Assembly: GCA_902795355.1 (NCBI GenBank) | Contig: CADBKZ010000002.1 | Coordinates: 62,236 to 126,235, forward strand | DNA from: an uncultured Ruminococcus sp. | GTDB lineage: Bacteria; Bacillota; Clostridia; Oscillospirales; CAG-272 | Reading direction: 5' to 3' | Length of the DNA stretch: 64,000 bases | Shown: positions 10,426-19,447 of the stretch, piece after piece | Numbering within the stretch: the first letter of the stretch is position 1 | Layout: the number at the start of each line of letters is the position of its first letter | Position numbers and translations under genes: made by a program | The notes under the pieces: model-generated | Seen by the model: the letters and a program-made list of their open reading frames with translations, nothing else | What the model was told of the DNA's origin: nothing | The model's database searches: none

Positions 10426-10917
10426 TCAATCCTCGGAAACCGCGGCGGCGACCGACAGAACGCCGATCACGATCAGCAACACGCCGGTGAGAATGAAGAA
10501 CCATGTTACAAACCCGGGTTGGTGAATAAACAGGGCAATTCCGATCGCCAGATGAACGGCAGGGCGCAGAGCGGCATGAAATTTGGACTTGATGCCGTTC
10601 TGACTGTTGACAATCACTTGCAGAATCCCGAGGATTCCGTAAATCGACATTACAACGGCAAGCAGATAGAGAAAAATGTTCACCGTTACGGGGTCCCATG
10701 CCATGGAAACGCCGAAAACACCGATTACGATTTTGACCGCGCCGATTACCACCTCGTGCCGCAGAACAAGATCGATAACCCCCGCGGCAACCAACAATGC
10801 GCCAAGCGCCACAAGCAACACATGGAGCAGCGTTCCCCGCATGGCGATGCACAAAACGCCCATGCCGATGGCAAGGACTGCATCCACAATATTTCTGGCT
10901 CTTTCCCGTTTTAACAT
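10426..10917 (-). CDS. Small polytopic membrane protein (DUF308/HdeD-like by appearance)
   Basis: About 163 aa, four to five hydrophobic helices. Start uncertain (10917 or 10944). Confidence 0.5.
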   Translation of the reverse strand: MLKRERARNIVDAVLAIGMGVLCIAMRGTLLHVLLVALGALLVAAGVIDLVLRHEVVIGAVKIVIGVFGVSMAWDPVTVNIFLYLLAVVMSIYGILGILQVIVNSQNGIKSKFHAALRPAVHLAIGIALFIHQPGFVTWFFILTGVLLIVIGVLSVAAAVSED

Positions 10918-11059
10918 TCTATGTATTCTCCTGTCCGGAAACAAAAACTCCGCGCGGGGCGTTCCGCCCCCGTTGATCCGATATCCATTTTACCATAAAA
11001 CATCGGAAAAATCAACCCCTTTGCGCGATTTCCCCGAAAAAAGAGCGATTTTCCGGTTT

Positions 11060-11317
11060 CTATCGCTTGGAACCGCTTCCCCGATCTTCCGAGATCACGC
11101 GGCTCGTCACCTGACTGCCCACGAACCGGTCCGAGCGTTCGCGCAGATCCAGCTTGGTAAACTGATCCAGCGGATAATCCACGGGCTTGTGCTTCATGGA
11201 ATAACTCCGCGCCACAAAGAACGCCGCCACCGCCGCAATGATTACGGCAATAACCGCCGCGAACGGCAGTGCGGCAAGATAGGGAGACGTTTGAAATACG
11301 ACCGCTGCGCTCATCAT
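11060..11317 (-). CDS. Small single-pass membrane protein, last gene of the SPFH operon
   Basis: MMSAAVVFQTSPYLAALPFAAVIAVIIAAVAAFFVARS...; ATGA overlap with the stop of the upstream zinc-ribbon gene (11314-11316). Confidence 0.6.
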   Translation of the reverse strand: MMSAAVVFQTSPYLAALPFAAVIAVIIAAVAAFFVARSYSMKHKPVDYPLDQFTKLDLRERSDRFVGSQVTSRVISEDRGSGSKR

Positions 11318-12372
11318 GACAGGAACCACCCCCCGATCAATGTAAACAATCCCGTGAGCGCCGCGGCGAGCGTTGCCGCGAACAGCCCCAGCTTGAAGCG
11401 GCTGACAGGCAATTCCCCATGCACCTTTCCGGTATGCCCGTTCATGGTGTAGGTATACACCCGCCCGTTTTTGGCGCGATAGGTCAGCACCCAAACGGGC
11501 AGGAGCGAATAATCCCACCGGCTGCGCAGAACGCGGCTCGTCGATTCCCGCCGCTCAACAGTGTTGTAATCGCTGCTGACCGTTCCCCGCAGGATGCGAT
11601 CGGAATAGTTGACGATGCGGGTCTTGACCTCGCCCTTGACGTCGTCCTGCGAGAGGTTCCGCTTTTTGGCGGCGTAGCCCGAGAGATAAGGCATGGAGAA
11701 ATCCTCCAGCGCTTCGCTCGGAAACGGCAGAATGCCTTCAAGCATGCGCTTATCAGCCTCGGAAAGCGCGGCGGTGGTCAGATCCTCGAAATGGATGCAG
11801 CCGCGGCGGTGGATCTCAAAATGCGAAACCTCGCGGAACTCGCGGTTGCCGCTCCGCCATTTGCGAACGCGCGTGGCATGCGCATTGAACAGCGCGTCGG
11901 CGTCCGCGTCCGTCACCCAAAACGGGTAATAAATGCCCGCGATCTGCTCCACCTGTTCGGCCTTGAAAAACGACCTCGGAACGAACCATTTCCGCTTGAC
12001 GAATTGCAGAAACCGCGTCTTTGCGGCTTCCTTATCATAGTGGAACGGAATGATCTTCTGCGGTTTCATCTCGCCCGAGAGCCGTCCCACAAGCACCACG
12101 GGATTGTGGCAATACGCGCAGGCGCTCGCAACGGTGTGTTCGTCGGCGACCACGCGCGCCCCGCAACTCTGGCATTCATATTCGTTCATCTGGGCGTTAT
12201 ACGCAGCCTCAGCCGCTTCCCGCTCGCGCGCGGCTTCCTCGCTGTTGGCGGCCAGCACCTCGTCGCGCGTGAATTCCGAAAGGCAAAATTCGCAGGCAAA
12301 AAGCTGTTTGGCCGCGTCAAAGGTCAGCCCCGCGCCGCAGTTGGGGCATTCATAAATCGCGGTTTGTTCCAT
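11314..12372 (-). CDS. Zinc-ribbon protein with C-terminal TM anchor (YdjG-like)
   Basis: 352 aa. CPNCG...CEFC and CQSCG...CAYC ribbons at the N-terminus, C-terminal helix LGLFAATLAAALTGLFTLIGGWFL. Confidence 0.7.
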   Translation of the reverse strand: MEQTAIYECPNCGAGLTFDAAKQLFACEFCLSEFTRDEVLAANSEEAAREREAAEAAYNAQMNEYECQSCGARVVADEHTVASACAYCHNPVVLVGRLSGEMKPQKIIPFHYDKEAAKTRFLQFVKRKWFVPRSFFKAEQVEQIAGIYYPFWVTDADADALFNAHATRVRKWRSGNREFREVSHFEIHRRGCIHFEDLTTAALSEADKRMLEGILPFPSEALEDFSMPYLSGYAAKKRNLSQDDVKGEVKTRIVNYSDRILRGTVSSDYNTVERRESTSRVLRSRWDYSLLPVWVLTYRAKNGRVYTYTMNGHTGKVHGELPVSRFKLGLFAATLAAALTGLFTLIGGWFLS

Positions 12373-12405
12373 AAGGCCACTCCCTTTTCCGAATCAAAGG
12401 TCGGT

Positions 12406-13737
12406 TCAGTCCTTTTTATGCCCGCATTCGGGGCAGAATTTGGCGCCCGCGCCGTTCTTATGTCCGCACTCGGGGCAGAACCACTCTCCCGCGGGCTTGG
12501 CCGTTCCGCATTCGGCGCAGAACTTGCCCGTGTTGCGGTTGCCGCACTTGGGGCAAACCCAGCCTTCGGGTTCCGCCGGCTTCGGTTTGCCGCACTCGGC
12601 GCAGAATTTTCCCGAGTTGCGGTGGCCGCAGGAACAGAGCCATCCCGCTTCCGCCTGTTGGGCCTGCCGCGCCGCCTGCTGCTGCATTTGCGCTTGTTGC
12701 TGTTGCATTTGCGCTTGTTGCTGTTGCATTTGCGCTTGTTGCTGTTGCATTTGCGCTTGGTTGGAAGCCGATGCGCTTGCCATAAAATTGCCCGTTGCGT
12801 TCATGCCGAAGCCCATGCCCATAAACGCATGCGTGCTTCCCGCGGAGTTGCTCCCCGCTTTTTCGAGACCGCGGGCGACCGCGCCCTGAATATATCCTTC
12901 GCGCACAGTGGCGTCGCCGAGCATGGCTCCCTGATTGCGCAGATTGATGAGCTTTTTGGAATCCTCGTCGTAGCTGACGCTCGCAATACCGACCGCCAGC
13001 ACCTCAAACCCGCGCAATTCCTTCCAGCTTTCGTCCAGCTCGGTGGCCATGAACGCGGAAAGCTCGGGGGTTTTGGACATGACCTGCGAAATGCGGACGT
13101 CGAGCGACAGGCGGTTGAGCGCGGCCTGAAACGCTTCCAGAAACTCCGAAAGATACTGCTCGTTGATCTGACGGATGTCCACACGCGAAGCGTTTCTCGG
13201 AATCACTTCTCTGAAAAACTTGATGGGATCGGTGATCTTGATGGAATAAGTACCGTGCGCCCGCAGAAACAACTCGGCGTTGTAGAATTGATCAAAGTAG
13301 TTCACGGGGCTGGGCGTTCCGAATTTGATACCCTTGATCTCCTGCAAATTGAGGAAGAACACCTGTTGTTTATAGGAAGGCGTTCCCGAGAATTTGACGC
13401 GCGCAAAGGTATCTTTCAACACCGCGCCGAACTGCCCGTTGAACAGGGACGGCGCGGCGGACTTATCCACCTTATAGTAGCCTTCTTCCGCGGTATAGTC
13501 AACGATCTGTCCGCCATCCACCAACATCATGAATTGGTTGGGATAGACATGGATGATCGAACCGTCCGAAATCACGTCGGAGTTCCCGCGTTTATTGTTG
13601 TTTCTGCGGTCGCGCCGAACTGCCACGCCTTTGGTGAAAACGGTGGTTCCGTCCATGTTGTCCGCTTCGAGTACTTCCAGCCACTGATCGGCCAAAGACC
13701 CGTGGATCGAATCGTGCAATGCCTTGATGATTCCCAT
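12406..13737 (-). CDS. SPFH/band-7 domain protein with C-terminal Gln-rich repeat and four zinc ribbons (YdjI / COG4260-like)
   Basis: 443 aa. N-terminus MGIIKALHDSIHGSLADQWLEVLE... C-terminus has four CxxCG(x10-12)CxxCG units: CSCGHRNSGKFCAECG, CPKCGNRNTGKFCAECG, CPECGHKNGAGAKFCPECG. Confidence 0.8.
   Translation of the reverse strand: MGIIKALHDSIHGSLADQWLEVLEADNMDGTTVFTKGVAVRRDRRNNNKRGNSDVISDGSIIHVYPNQFMMLVDGGQIVDYTAEEGYYKVDKSAAPSLFNGQFGAVLKDTFARVKFSGTPSYKQQVFFLNLQEIKGIKFGTPSPVNYFDQFYNAELFLRAHGTYSIKITDPIKFFREVIPRNASRVDIRQINEQYLSEFLEAFQAALNRLSLDVRISQVMSKTPELSAFMATELDESWKELRGFEVLAVGIASVSYDEDSKKLINLRNQGAMLGDATVREGYIQGAVARGLEKAGSNSAGSTHAFMGMGFGMNATGNFMASASASNQAQMQQQQAQMQQQQAQMQQQQAQMQQQAARQAQQAEAGWLCSCGHRNSGKFCAECGKPKPAEPEGWVCPKCGNRNTGKFCAECGTAKPAGEWFCPECGHKNGAGAKFCPECGHKKD
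12676..12760 (-). repeat. In-frame 21-bp tandem repeat (QQQQAQM units) inside the SPFH gene
   Basis: ttgcgcttgttgctgttgcat repeated perfectly at 12688, 12709 and 12730, with partial units on both sides. Confidence 0.9.
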
Positions 13738-14091
13738 TGTTGAAAATTCCTTTCCGAAATTTTGTTTTTATGTTTGGGTTTGTTTTGCGCCGCCCGTTCC
13801 CGCTTGGCGGAAACAGGCGAGGGGGAGCGCGCCGGCTCCCCCTCTTCCGATTGCGCGCGGCAACCGAAAAACCCCGCCGAGCCGTGTAGCCGGAAATTTT
13901 GAACCCTGTAAGTCAGGGCGGCGTCCTCTCCCTTCCCCTTTACTGCTCCCAACGTCCGCGGCCCGCTCGGGACAAGTCAACCGACGGCGGGTGCGGGAGG
14001 TCTGCAAACCGGAGATCGGTCAGACTCCTTTGATTGATTGTAGGCCCAATATGCCGACTATCACGCACACGGCAGGTTCAAAATACGGATT

Positions 14092-14388
14092 TCATTCCCC
14101 GTCGTAATCCACTTCTTCGGAGAATTGATCGTCGAAAATGTCGGCAACGTCGTCAAACTCATCGTCGTCGTCAACGGTCACAAGCATATCCTCGCCGTTC
14201 TCGTCCTGATCGAGCCGCAGGACGACATACTCGCAGAACTCGTCCTCTTTCTGCTCGGTTCCCGCGGGGATCATGGCATAATACTGCTTTCCCTTGTACT
14301 CGGTAACGCCGATCAGCTCAAATTCGCTCTCGTTGCCTTCCTCGTCGGTCAGCGTATAAAATTCGCGTTCGTTCTGTTGTTCTTCCAT
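14092..14388 (-). CDS. DUF1292 family acidic protein
   Basis: MEEQQNEREFYTLTDEEGNESEFELIGVTEYKGKQYYAMIP... with AGGAG RBS, 98 aa. Confidence 0.8.
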   Translation of the reverse strand: MEEQQNEREFYTLTDEEGNESEFELIGVTEYKGKQYYAMIPAGTEQKEDEFCEYVVLRLDQDENGEDMLVTVDDDDEFDDVADIFDDQFSEEVDYDGE

Positions 14389-14420
14389 GTCGGTTCTCCT
14401 TCGCAACATTGTTCTCTATT

Positions 14421-14449
14421 ATTCTACACGAAACCGGCGCGTTTGTCAA
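14421..14449 (-). promoter_or_regulatory. Promoter TTGACA-17-TAGAAT (minus strand) for the DUF1292 gene
   Basis: Plus strand shows attcta (14421-14426) and tgtcaa (14444-14449), with a 17-nt spacer. Confidence 0.6.
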
Positions 14450-14465
14450 GTCTTTTTCCCGAGAT

Positions 14466-15593
14466 TTACCCGCCAAACTCCACAACGTCGGCCAAAATGG
14501 CGTTGCTGACGAGGAATCCGCGCGGGGTGAGCGCCATGCCGCGCTCCGTCCGCTTGGCGAACCCGCCGCCGCAATAGGGGGAAAGACGCCCGAAAAAGAC
14601 ATCCGGCCCATGGCCGAACCGCGCCGCAAAAGCCCGCTCGTCCACGCCCTCGCAAAGGCGCAGCCGAAGCATCACATATTCGTTTTCCCGCTCGGCGGGC
14701 GAGGGGCGGTTCTCCTCGCAAACAATCGTTTCGCCGCGCAGGTACCCGTCAAGATCCCGCGCGTTGCCGGAACGGACGCCGCGGAAATCCGAATGCGCCG
14801 CGGGGCCGAACCCGAGGTATTCTTCCGTATTCCAGTATTTTCGGTTGTGCCTTGATTGATACCCCTCGCGCGCAAAATTGCTGATCTCGTATTGCGCCAA
14901 TCCGCGTTCCGCGAGAAAATCGACCATGCCGAGGTACATTGCGGCAACGTCGTCCTCTTGCGGCATCGGGAGCTTCGGGAGCATCCGTTCCAATGGCGTT
15001 CCCGCTTCCACGGTCAGCGCGTAGGCCGAGAGATGCTCGGGGCGAAGGTCGCAGACCCGTTCCAGCGTTTCGCGGAAGCTCGCGGGGGTCTGGTACGGAA
15101 TGCCGAACATCACGTCAACGTTCAGGTTGTCAAAGCCCGCCTCGCGCGCTTCTTCCCAAGTTCGGAGAAAACCGCCGAAATCATGGACGCGCCCGAGCGC
15201 GCGCAGTTCTTCCCGATGCGCGCTCTGCAACCCCACGCTCAACCGGTTAAACCCCGCCGCGCGCATCTCGCGGAACAGATCCGCGCTCCCCGTTGCGGGG
15301 TTGCATTCGGCGGTGATCTCGCAATCGGGGGAGACGCGGTAGGCGCGGAACACGGTCCCGAGAACGCGCGAGAGCTGCGCCGCCGAAAGGATGGTCGGCG
15401 TTCCGCCGCCGAGGTAGACCGTGTCCGCCGTGTATTCGCGGCAGAGGGCCGCTTTTTCGGTCAGGTCGCGGCAAAGCCGCTCCACATACGCGTCCATCCG
15501 TTCCGCGTCGCGCGCGGGGAATGAGCAGAAATCGCAGTAGCGGCATTTGGAACGGCAGAACGGGATGTGGATGTAAAGTCCCAACGGCTTCAT
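14466..15593 (-). CDS. hemW: Radical SAM family heme chaperone HemW (HemN-like)
   Basis: Internal start MKPLGLYIHIPFCRSKCRYCDFCSF (CxxxCxxC radical SAM motif) with AGGAG RBS, 375 aa. Confidence 0.9.
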   Translation of the reverse strand: MKPLGLYIHIPFCRSKCRYCDFCSFPARDAERMDAYVERLCRDLTEKAALCREYTADTVYLGGGTPTILSAAQLSRVLGTVFRAYRVSPDCEITAECNPATGSADLFREMRAAGFNRLSVGLQSAHREELRALGRVHDFGGFLRTWEEAREAGFDNLNVDVMFGIPYQTPASFRETLERVCDLRPEHLSAYALTVEAGTPLERMLPKLPMPQEDDVAAMYLGMVDFLAERGLAQYEISNFAREGYQSRHNRKYWNTEEYLGFGPAAHSDFRGVRSGNARDLDGYLRGETIVCEENRPSPAERENEYVMLRLRLCEGVDERAFAARFGHGPDVFFGRLSPYCGGGFAKRTERGMALTPRGFLVSNAILADVVEFGG

Positions 15594-15633
15594 GCGTTCG
15601 TCTCCTTTCGGGTCGGGTTTCGTCGTTTCTCTT

Positions 15634-15662
15634 TCTATTGTACCACGTTGCGCGGAAAATGT
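15634..15662 (-). promoter_or_regulatory. Promoter TTGACA-17-TACAAT (minus strand) for hemW
   Basis: Plus strand shows attgta (15634-15639) and tgtcaa (15657-15662). Confidence 0.65.
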
Positions 15663-15756
15663 CAAAAAAATTTTCGGAAATTTGCGTTTTTCTCTTTTTT
15701 TTGCGGGATAATTATGGTAAGATATAAATAGACCGCCCCGAAAGGAGGGTACCCGA

Positions 15757-16830
15757 TTGAAACTGATTCATTGCGCGGACGTTCATTTGGATTCTCCCAT
15801 GAACTCCCGTTTTTCGGCCGAGGTGGCCAAAAAGCGGCGCGCCGAACTGCTGGAAACGTTCTGCCGCATCATTGAATTTGCGAGCGCGGAAGGAGCCTGC
15901 GCAATCCTGATTGCAGGCGACCTTTTCGATTCGCCGGCATACGTCCGCAAACACACGAAAACGATCGTCCGCGAAGCGGTTGCGAAACACCCCGAACTGC
16001 AATTCTTTTACCTTGCCGGCAACCACGACGGCGGCACGGACCTCTACGGCGAAACCGATCCGCAACCCGAAAACTTCCACACGTTCGGATCCCGCTGGAA
16101 AACCTACCGCTTGGGCGACGTTGCCGTTACGGCGAGCGAACGCCCGAATGCCGAAACGCTCGCGCTCGACCCTGCCGACATCAACATTGTGATGATGCAC
16201 GGAAACGCCGTGGAAACCGCGAACGCCGCGAAAAAGGACGACATTCCCATTCGCGCCTACGCGGGAAAAGGCATTGACTACATTGCCCTCGGCCATTACC
16301 ACTCGCGGAGCAGCGCGTCGGTGGACGGCCGTTGCCGCGCCTGCTATTGCGGCTGCCCCGAGGGGCGCGGATTCGACGAATGCGGCGAGAAAGGCTTCCT
16401 GCTTTTGGAAACCACGCCGGATCGCCGCGTGGAACAGCGGTTCGTCCCGTTCGCGCGCCGCACCCTGCACGAGGTCGCGGTCGATATTACCGGCTGCGAC
16501 GGGCAGGAAGACGTGATGCGCCGCGCAAAGGACGCCGTTGCCGGAATTTCCGGCGACGACATGGTGAAATTGACGGTGAAAGGCGCCGTTGATCCGGCCT
16601 TCTCGCCCGAATACGATTGGATTGCGGAAAAGCTGAACGACCGGTTTTATTGCGCCGAGCTGAAAAGCGAAACCACGCTTCTGATCCGCCCCGAGGACTA
16701 CCGGAACGACATTTCGCTCAAAGGGGAGTTCATCCGCCGCGTTATGAACGCCGAACTGCCGCAGGCCGATAAGGACCGCGTAATCCGGAACGGTCTGCGC
16801 GCGCTTTGGGGAGAGGAGATCGACCTATGA
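15757..16830 (+). CDS. Metallophosphoesterase DNA-repair exonuclease (SbcD/YhaO-like)
   Basis: 357 aa, TTG start after AGGAGGG RBS. MKLIHCADVHLDSP, GDLFD, GNHD, GHYH phosphoesterase motifs. Confidence 0.85.
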   Translation: MKLIHCADVHLDSPMNSRFSAEVAKKRRAELLETFCRIIEFASAEGACAILIAGDLFDSPAYVRKHTKTIVREAVAKHPELQFFYLAGNHDGGTDLYGETDPQPENFHTFGSRWKTYRLGDVAVTASERPNAETLALDPADINIVMMHGNAVETANAAKKDDIPIRAYAGKGIDYIALGHYHSRSSASVDGRCRACYCGCPEGRGFDECGEKGFLLLETTPDRRVEQRFVPFARRTLHEVAVDITGCDGQEDVMRRAKDAVAGISGDDMVKLTVKGAVDPAFSPEYDWIAEKLNDRFYCAELKSETTLLIRPEDYRNDISLKGEFIRRVMNAELPQADKDRVIRNGLRALWGEEIDL

Positions 16831-19313
16831 AACTGATTTCGCTCTACATTGAAAATTTCGGAAAATTGAGCCGCTGGTCGCTCGACCTCTCGGGCGGGCT
16901 GAACACGGTTTGCGAGGAAAACGGCTGGGGAAAAAGCACGCTTGCCGCATTCATCAAGGCCATGTTCTACGGTCTGCCCAAAAACGCCAAGCGCGACCTT
17001 GACGAAAACGAACGAAAAAAATACGCGCCTTGGCAGGGCGGAAATTACGGCGGATACCTCGTTTTTGAATGCACGCACGGAAAATTCCGCGTGGAACGTT
17101 CCTTCGGAGAGACCGACGTTTACGCCCTGACCGACCTCTCCACGGGTCTGCCGTCGTCCGCGTTTTCCGAAACGCTCGGGCAGGAACTGTTCGGCGTTGA
17201 CGCCGACGGCTTCGAGCGCAGCGTCTATTTTTCGGCGCGATCGCTCGCGCCGTCCGGCAAGAACGACACCGTTCGCGCCAAGCTGACGGGCGTGCTGGAC
17301 GACGTGAACGATATGGGGAATTTCGAGAAGGCCTATGCCCTGCTCGAAAACCGCGCGAAAGACTATAAGAAAACCGGAAACCGCGGAAAGATCGGCGAGC
17401 TGGAAGCCGAGATCCGCGAATTGAAAGAACAGGCGCGCGAAAAACGCGGTTTGTTTGTCGGGCAGAAAAGCAAGGAGCAGGAGCTTGCCGCCGTTCGCTC
17501 GGAGCTTGCCGCCGCAAACGCCGAGGCCGAGCGGGTGCGCGTTTTCGCCGAGCGTATCGATGAAAAAAAGCGGCGCGAGGACGCGATCCGCTCGCTTGAA
17601 GCGCAGCGCGCCGCAATCGGGCAAGCGTTCGTCGGCGAAATTCCGTCGGCGGAAGAGCTTGCGCAACGGCAGGCCTGCCTGCGCGCCATTGCGCTCGATA
17701 ACGCCGAATTGCGCCGCATCGGGCTGAACGAGGCGGAACAAAACGAGTTGGTCGCCCTTTCGGCCGCGTTTTCCTCGGGGGCGCCCGAGGCGGAAACCCT
17801 CGAAAATCAACACATGCTTGCCGCCGAACTGCGCGCAAAGAGAACGTTGCTTGCGGAATCGCGGGCGCGGCTCGACCGCGAACGCCAAGAGGACGCCGCG
17901 CGGCTTCGGGAGCTTCCGAGCGAGGCCGAGCTGCGGGAAGCGCGCGCCGTTTTGGAGCCTGCGGCGGCCGCCGCGCCCGTAACCGCGCGCACCAGACTCC
18001 TGCCCATCGCCGCGCTGTTGTTTTCGCTGTTCGGGGCCGCGGCATTGGTCTTTGGCGTTTGGAAATCCGTCCTTCCGTTAATCGTTTGCGGCGGCGCGGG
18101 GCTGATCGCGGGGCTTGTCTGTCTGGCCATCGATCGGTTTGCCGGCTCAAAACCCGACCGGAACGCCAAACCGGCGGACGACCGTCCGGTTCGCGATCTG
18201 CTCGCCCGCTGCGGCAAACCTGTTTCGGAAAACGCCGATTTGGTCGCCGCCCTCGTCGGTCTTTCCGAAGAATCGGAACAGGTGCGCGCGCGCATGGCGG
18301 AGCAGGAAAAACGCGCGGCCGGACTTGCCGCCGAGGAAACCGAATTGCGTGCCTGCGAAAACGACCTGCGCGCGTATCTCGCACGCTACGGAATTGCCGG
18401 ATCCGACCCCGAAACGGGGCTGCGCCGCCTTTCGGAAAGCGCGCGCGATTGGAACCGTTTGGTGGCGAAACAGCGCGAGGCCGCCCGCGCCGGCGCGGAG
18501 AAACGCGCCGCGCTCTCCGCAAACCTCGCGGAAATCGACCGTTTCTTTGCCCGCTACCCCGCCTGCCTCTCGGAAGCCGATCCCGAACGCCGCATGCAGC
18601 TCCTTGCGGGAGCGGTCGCACGCCATACCGCGCTTAAGGAACAGATCGAGCGCAATCGCGCCGAACTTGCTTCGTTCATTGCCGAAAAAGGGCTCGCCGA
18701 AAACCCGCAAACGCCCCTGCCCGATCTTGCGGTTTTACAGGCGGACGCCGACCGGATCAAAGAGCGGCAAGCCGCGCTTTCGGAACGCGAGACCGCGCTT
18801 TCGATTGAGCTTGACCGCGCGACGCGCGAGACCGAAAAGATCCCCGAGCTGGAAGAATCCATCGAGCGTTTATCGGACGAGTTGACCGACGCAAAGGACC
18901 GCTACCGCCTGTTGAGGCTGACCTGCGAATACTTGAAAGGGGCGCAGGAAGCCCTGACCACGCGCTATCTGGCGGGAACGCGCGAGAGTTTCGGCAAATA
19001 CCTGAACCTGCTTGCGGGCGAGGCCGCGCCGCAGGCCGATGTGAACGCCGAGTTCGGCGTAACCGTTCTCGACGGCGGCATGAGCCGCCAACCCGAAAGT
19101 TACAGCCGCGGCTGGCGCGACATTCTGCAATTCTGCGTTCGCCTCTCTTTGGTGGACGCGCTGTTCAAGGACGGAGAAACGCCGTTCCTGCTCCTTGACG
19201 ATCCCTTTACCAACCTCGATGAAAAGCGGCTGGTATCCGCCAAAGAGCTGCTCGGCCGCCTTGCCTCGCAGTTTCAGGTTCTGTATCTGGTCTGCCACGC
19301 GGACAGAACCTGA
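16827..19313 (+). CDS. AAA/SMC-like ATPase (SbcC/YhaN-like) with two central TM helices
   Basis: MKLISLYIENFGKLSRWSLDLSGGLNTVCEENGWGKSTL (Walker A); long coiled-coil; C-terminal LLLDDPFTNLD (Walker B). ATGA overlap with the upstream nuclease gene. Confidence 0.85.
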   Translation: MKLISLYIENFGKLSRWSLDLSGGLNTVCEENGWGKSTLAAFIKAMFYGLPKNAKRDLDENERKKYAPWQGGNYGGYLVFECTHGKFRVERSFGETDVYALTDLSTGLPSSAFSETLGQELFGVDADGFERSVYFSARSLAPSGKNDTVRAKLTGVLDDVNDMGNFEKAYALLENRAKDYKKTGNRGKIGELEAEIRELKEQAREKRGLFVGQKSKEQELAAVRSELAAANAEAERVRVFAERIDEKKRREDAIRSLEAQRAAIGQAFVGEIPSAEELAQRQACLRAIALDNAELRRIGLNEAEQNELVALSAAFSSGAPEAETLENQHMLAAELRAKRTLLAESRARLDRERQEDAARLRELPSEAELREARAVLEPAAAAAPVTARTRLLPIAALLFSLFGAAALVFGVWKSVLPLIVCGGAGLIAGLVCLAIDRFAGSKPDRNAKPADDRPVRDLLARCGKPVSENADLVAALVGLSEESEQVRARMAEQEKRAAGLAAEETELRACENDLRAYLARYGIAGSDPETGLRRLSESARDWNRLVAKQREAARAGAEKRAALSANLAEIDRFFARYPACLSEADPERRMQLLAGAVARHTALKEQIERNRAELASFIAEKGLAENPQTPLPDLAVLQADADRIKERQAALSERETALSIELDRATRETEKIPELEESIERLSDELTDAKDRYRLLRLTCEYLKGAQEALTTRYLAGTRESFGKYLNLLAGEAAPQADVNAEFGVTVLDGGMSRQPESYSRGWRDILQFCVRLSLVDALFKDGETPFLLLDDPFTNLDEKRLVSAKELLGRLASQFQVLYLVCHADRT

Positions 19314-19404
19314 CCCGCGCCCCGCAGCCTTTGCCCGCTTCGGAGCAAAATTGCCGTTTTTTGCATACACGGTATGAAAATTATATGGCTTGTTTGAAAA
19401 AATA

Positions 19405-19447
19405 GACAAGTGCCCCAACGCAAACAAATTGCGTTGGGGCACTTGTC
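19405..19447. terminator. Bidirectional terminator hairpin between convergent genes
   Basis: gacaagtgccccaacgc / gcgttggggcacttgtc, a 17-bp perfect stem. The right arm overlaps the HNH stop codon. Confidence 0.8.

Noticed and set aside
11419-13743. 774-aa plus-strand ORF
   Set aside because: It is antisense to the zinc-ribbon and SPFH genes. It contains LRLLLLHLRLLLLH, which is just the reverse-complement reading of the Gln repeat.
13738-14091. Checked for RNase P RNA, tmRNA, SRP RNA, and cobalamin, c-di-AMP or ZTP riboswitch signatures
   Set aside because: None of the diagnostic strings I know is present on either strand: GAGGAAAGUCC, the tmRNA tag ORF and 3' tRNA-like end, the SRP GGAA/AGCA domain IV, the B12 box, or the ACCCGA/CCGCCUGGG type cores. 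The region is kept only as an unclassified structured gap.
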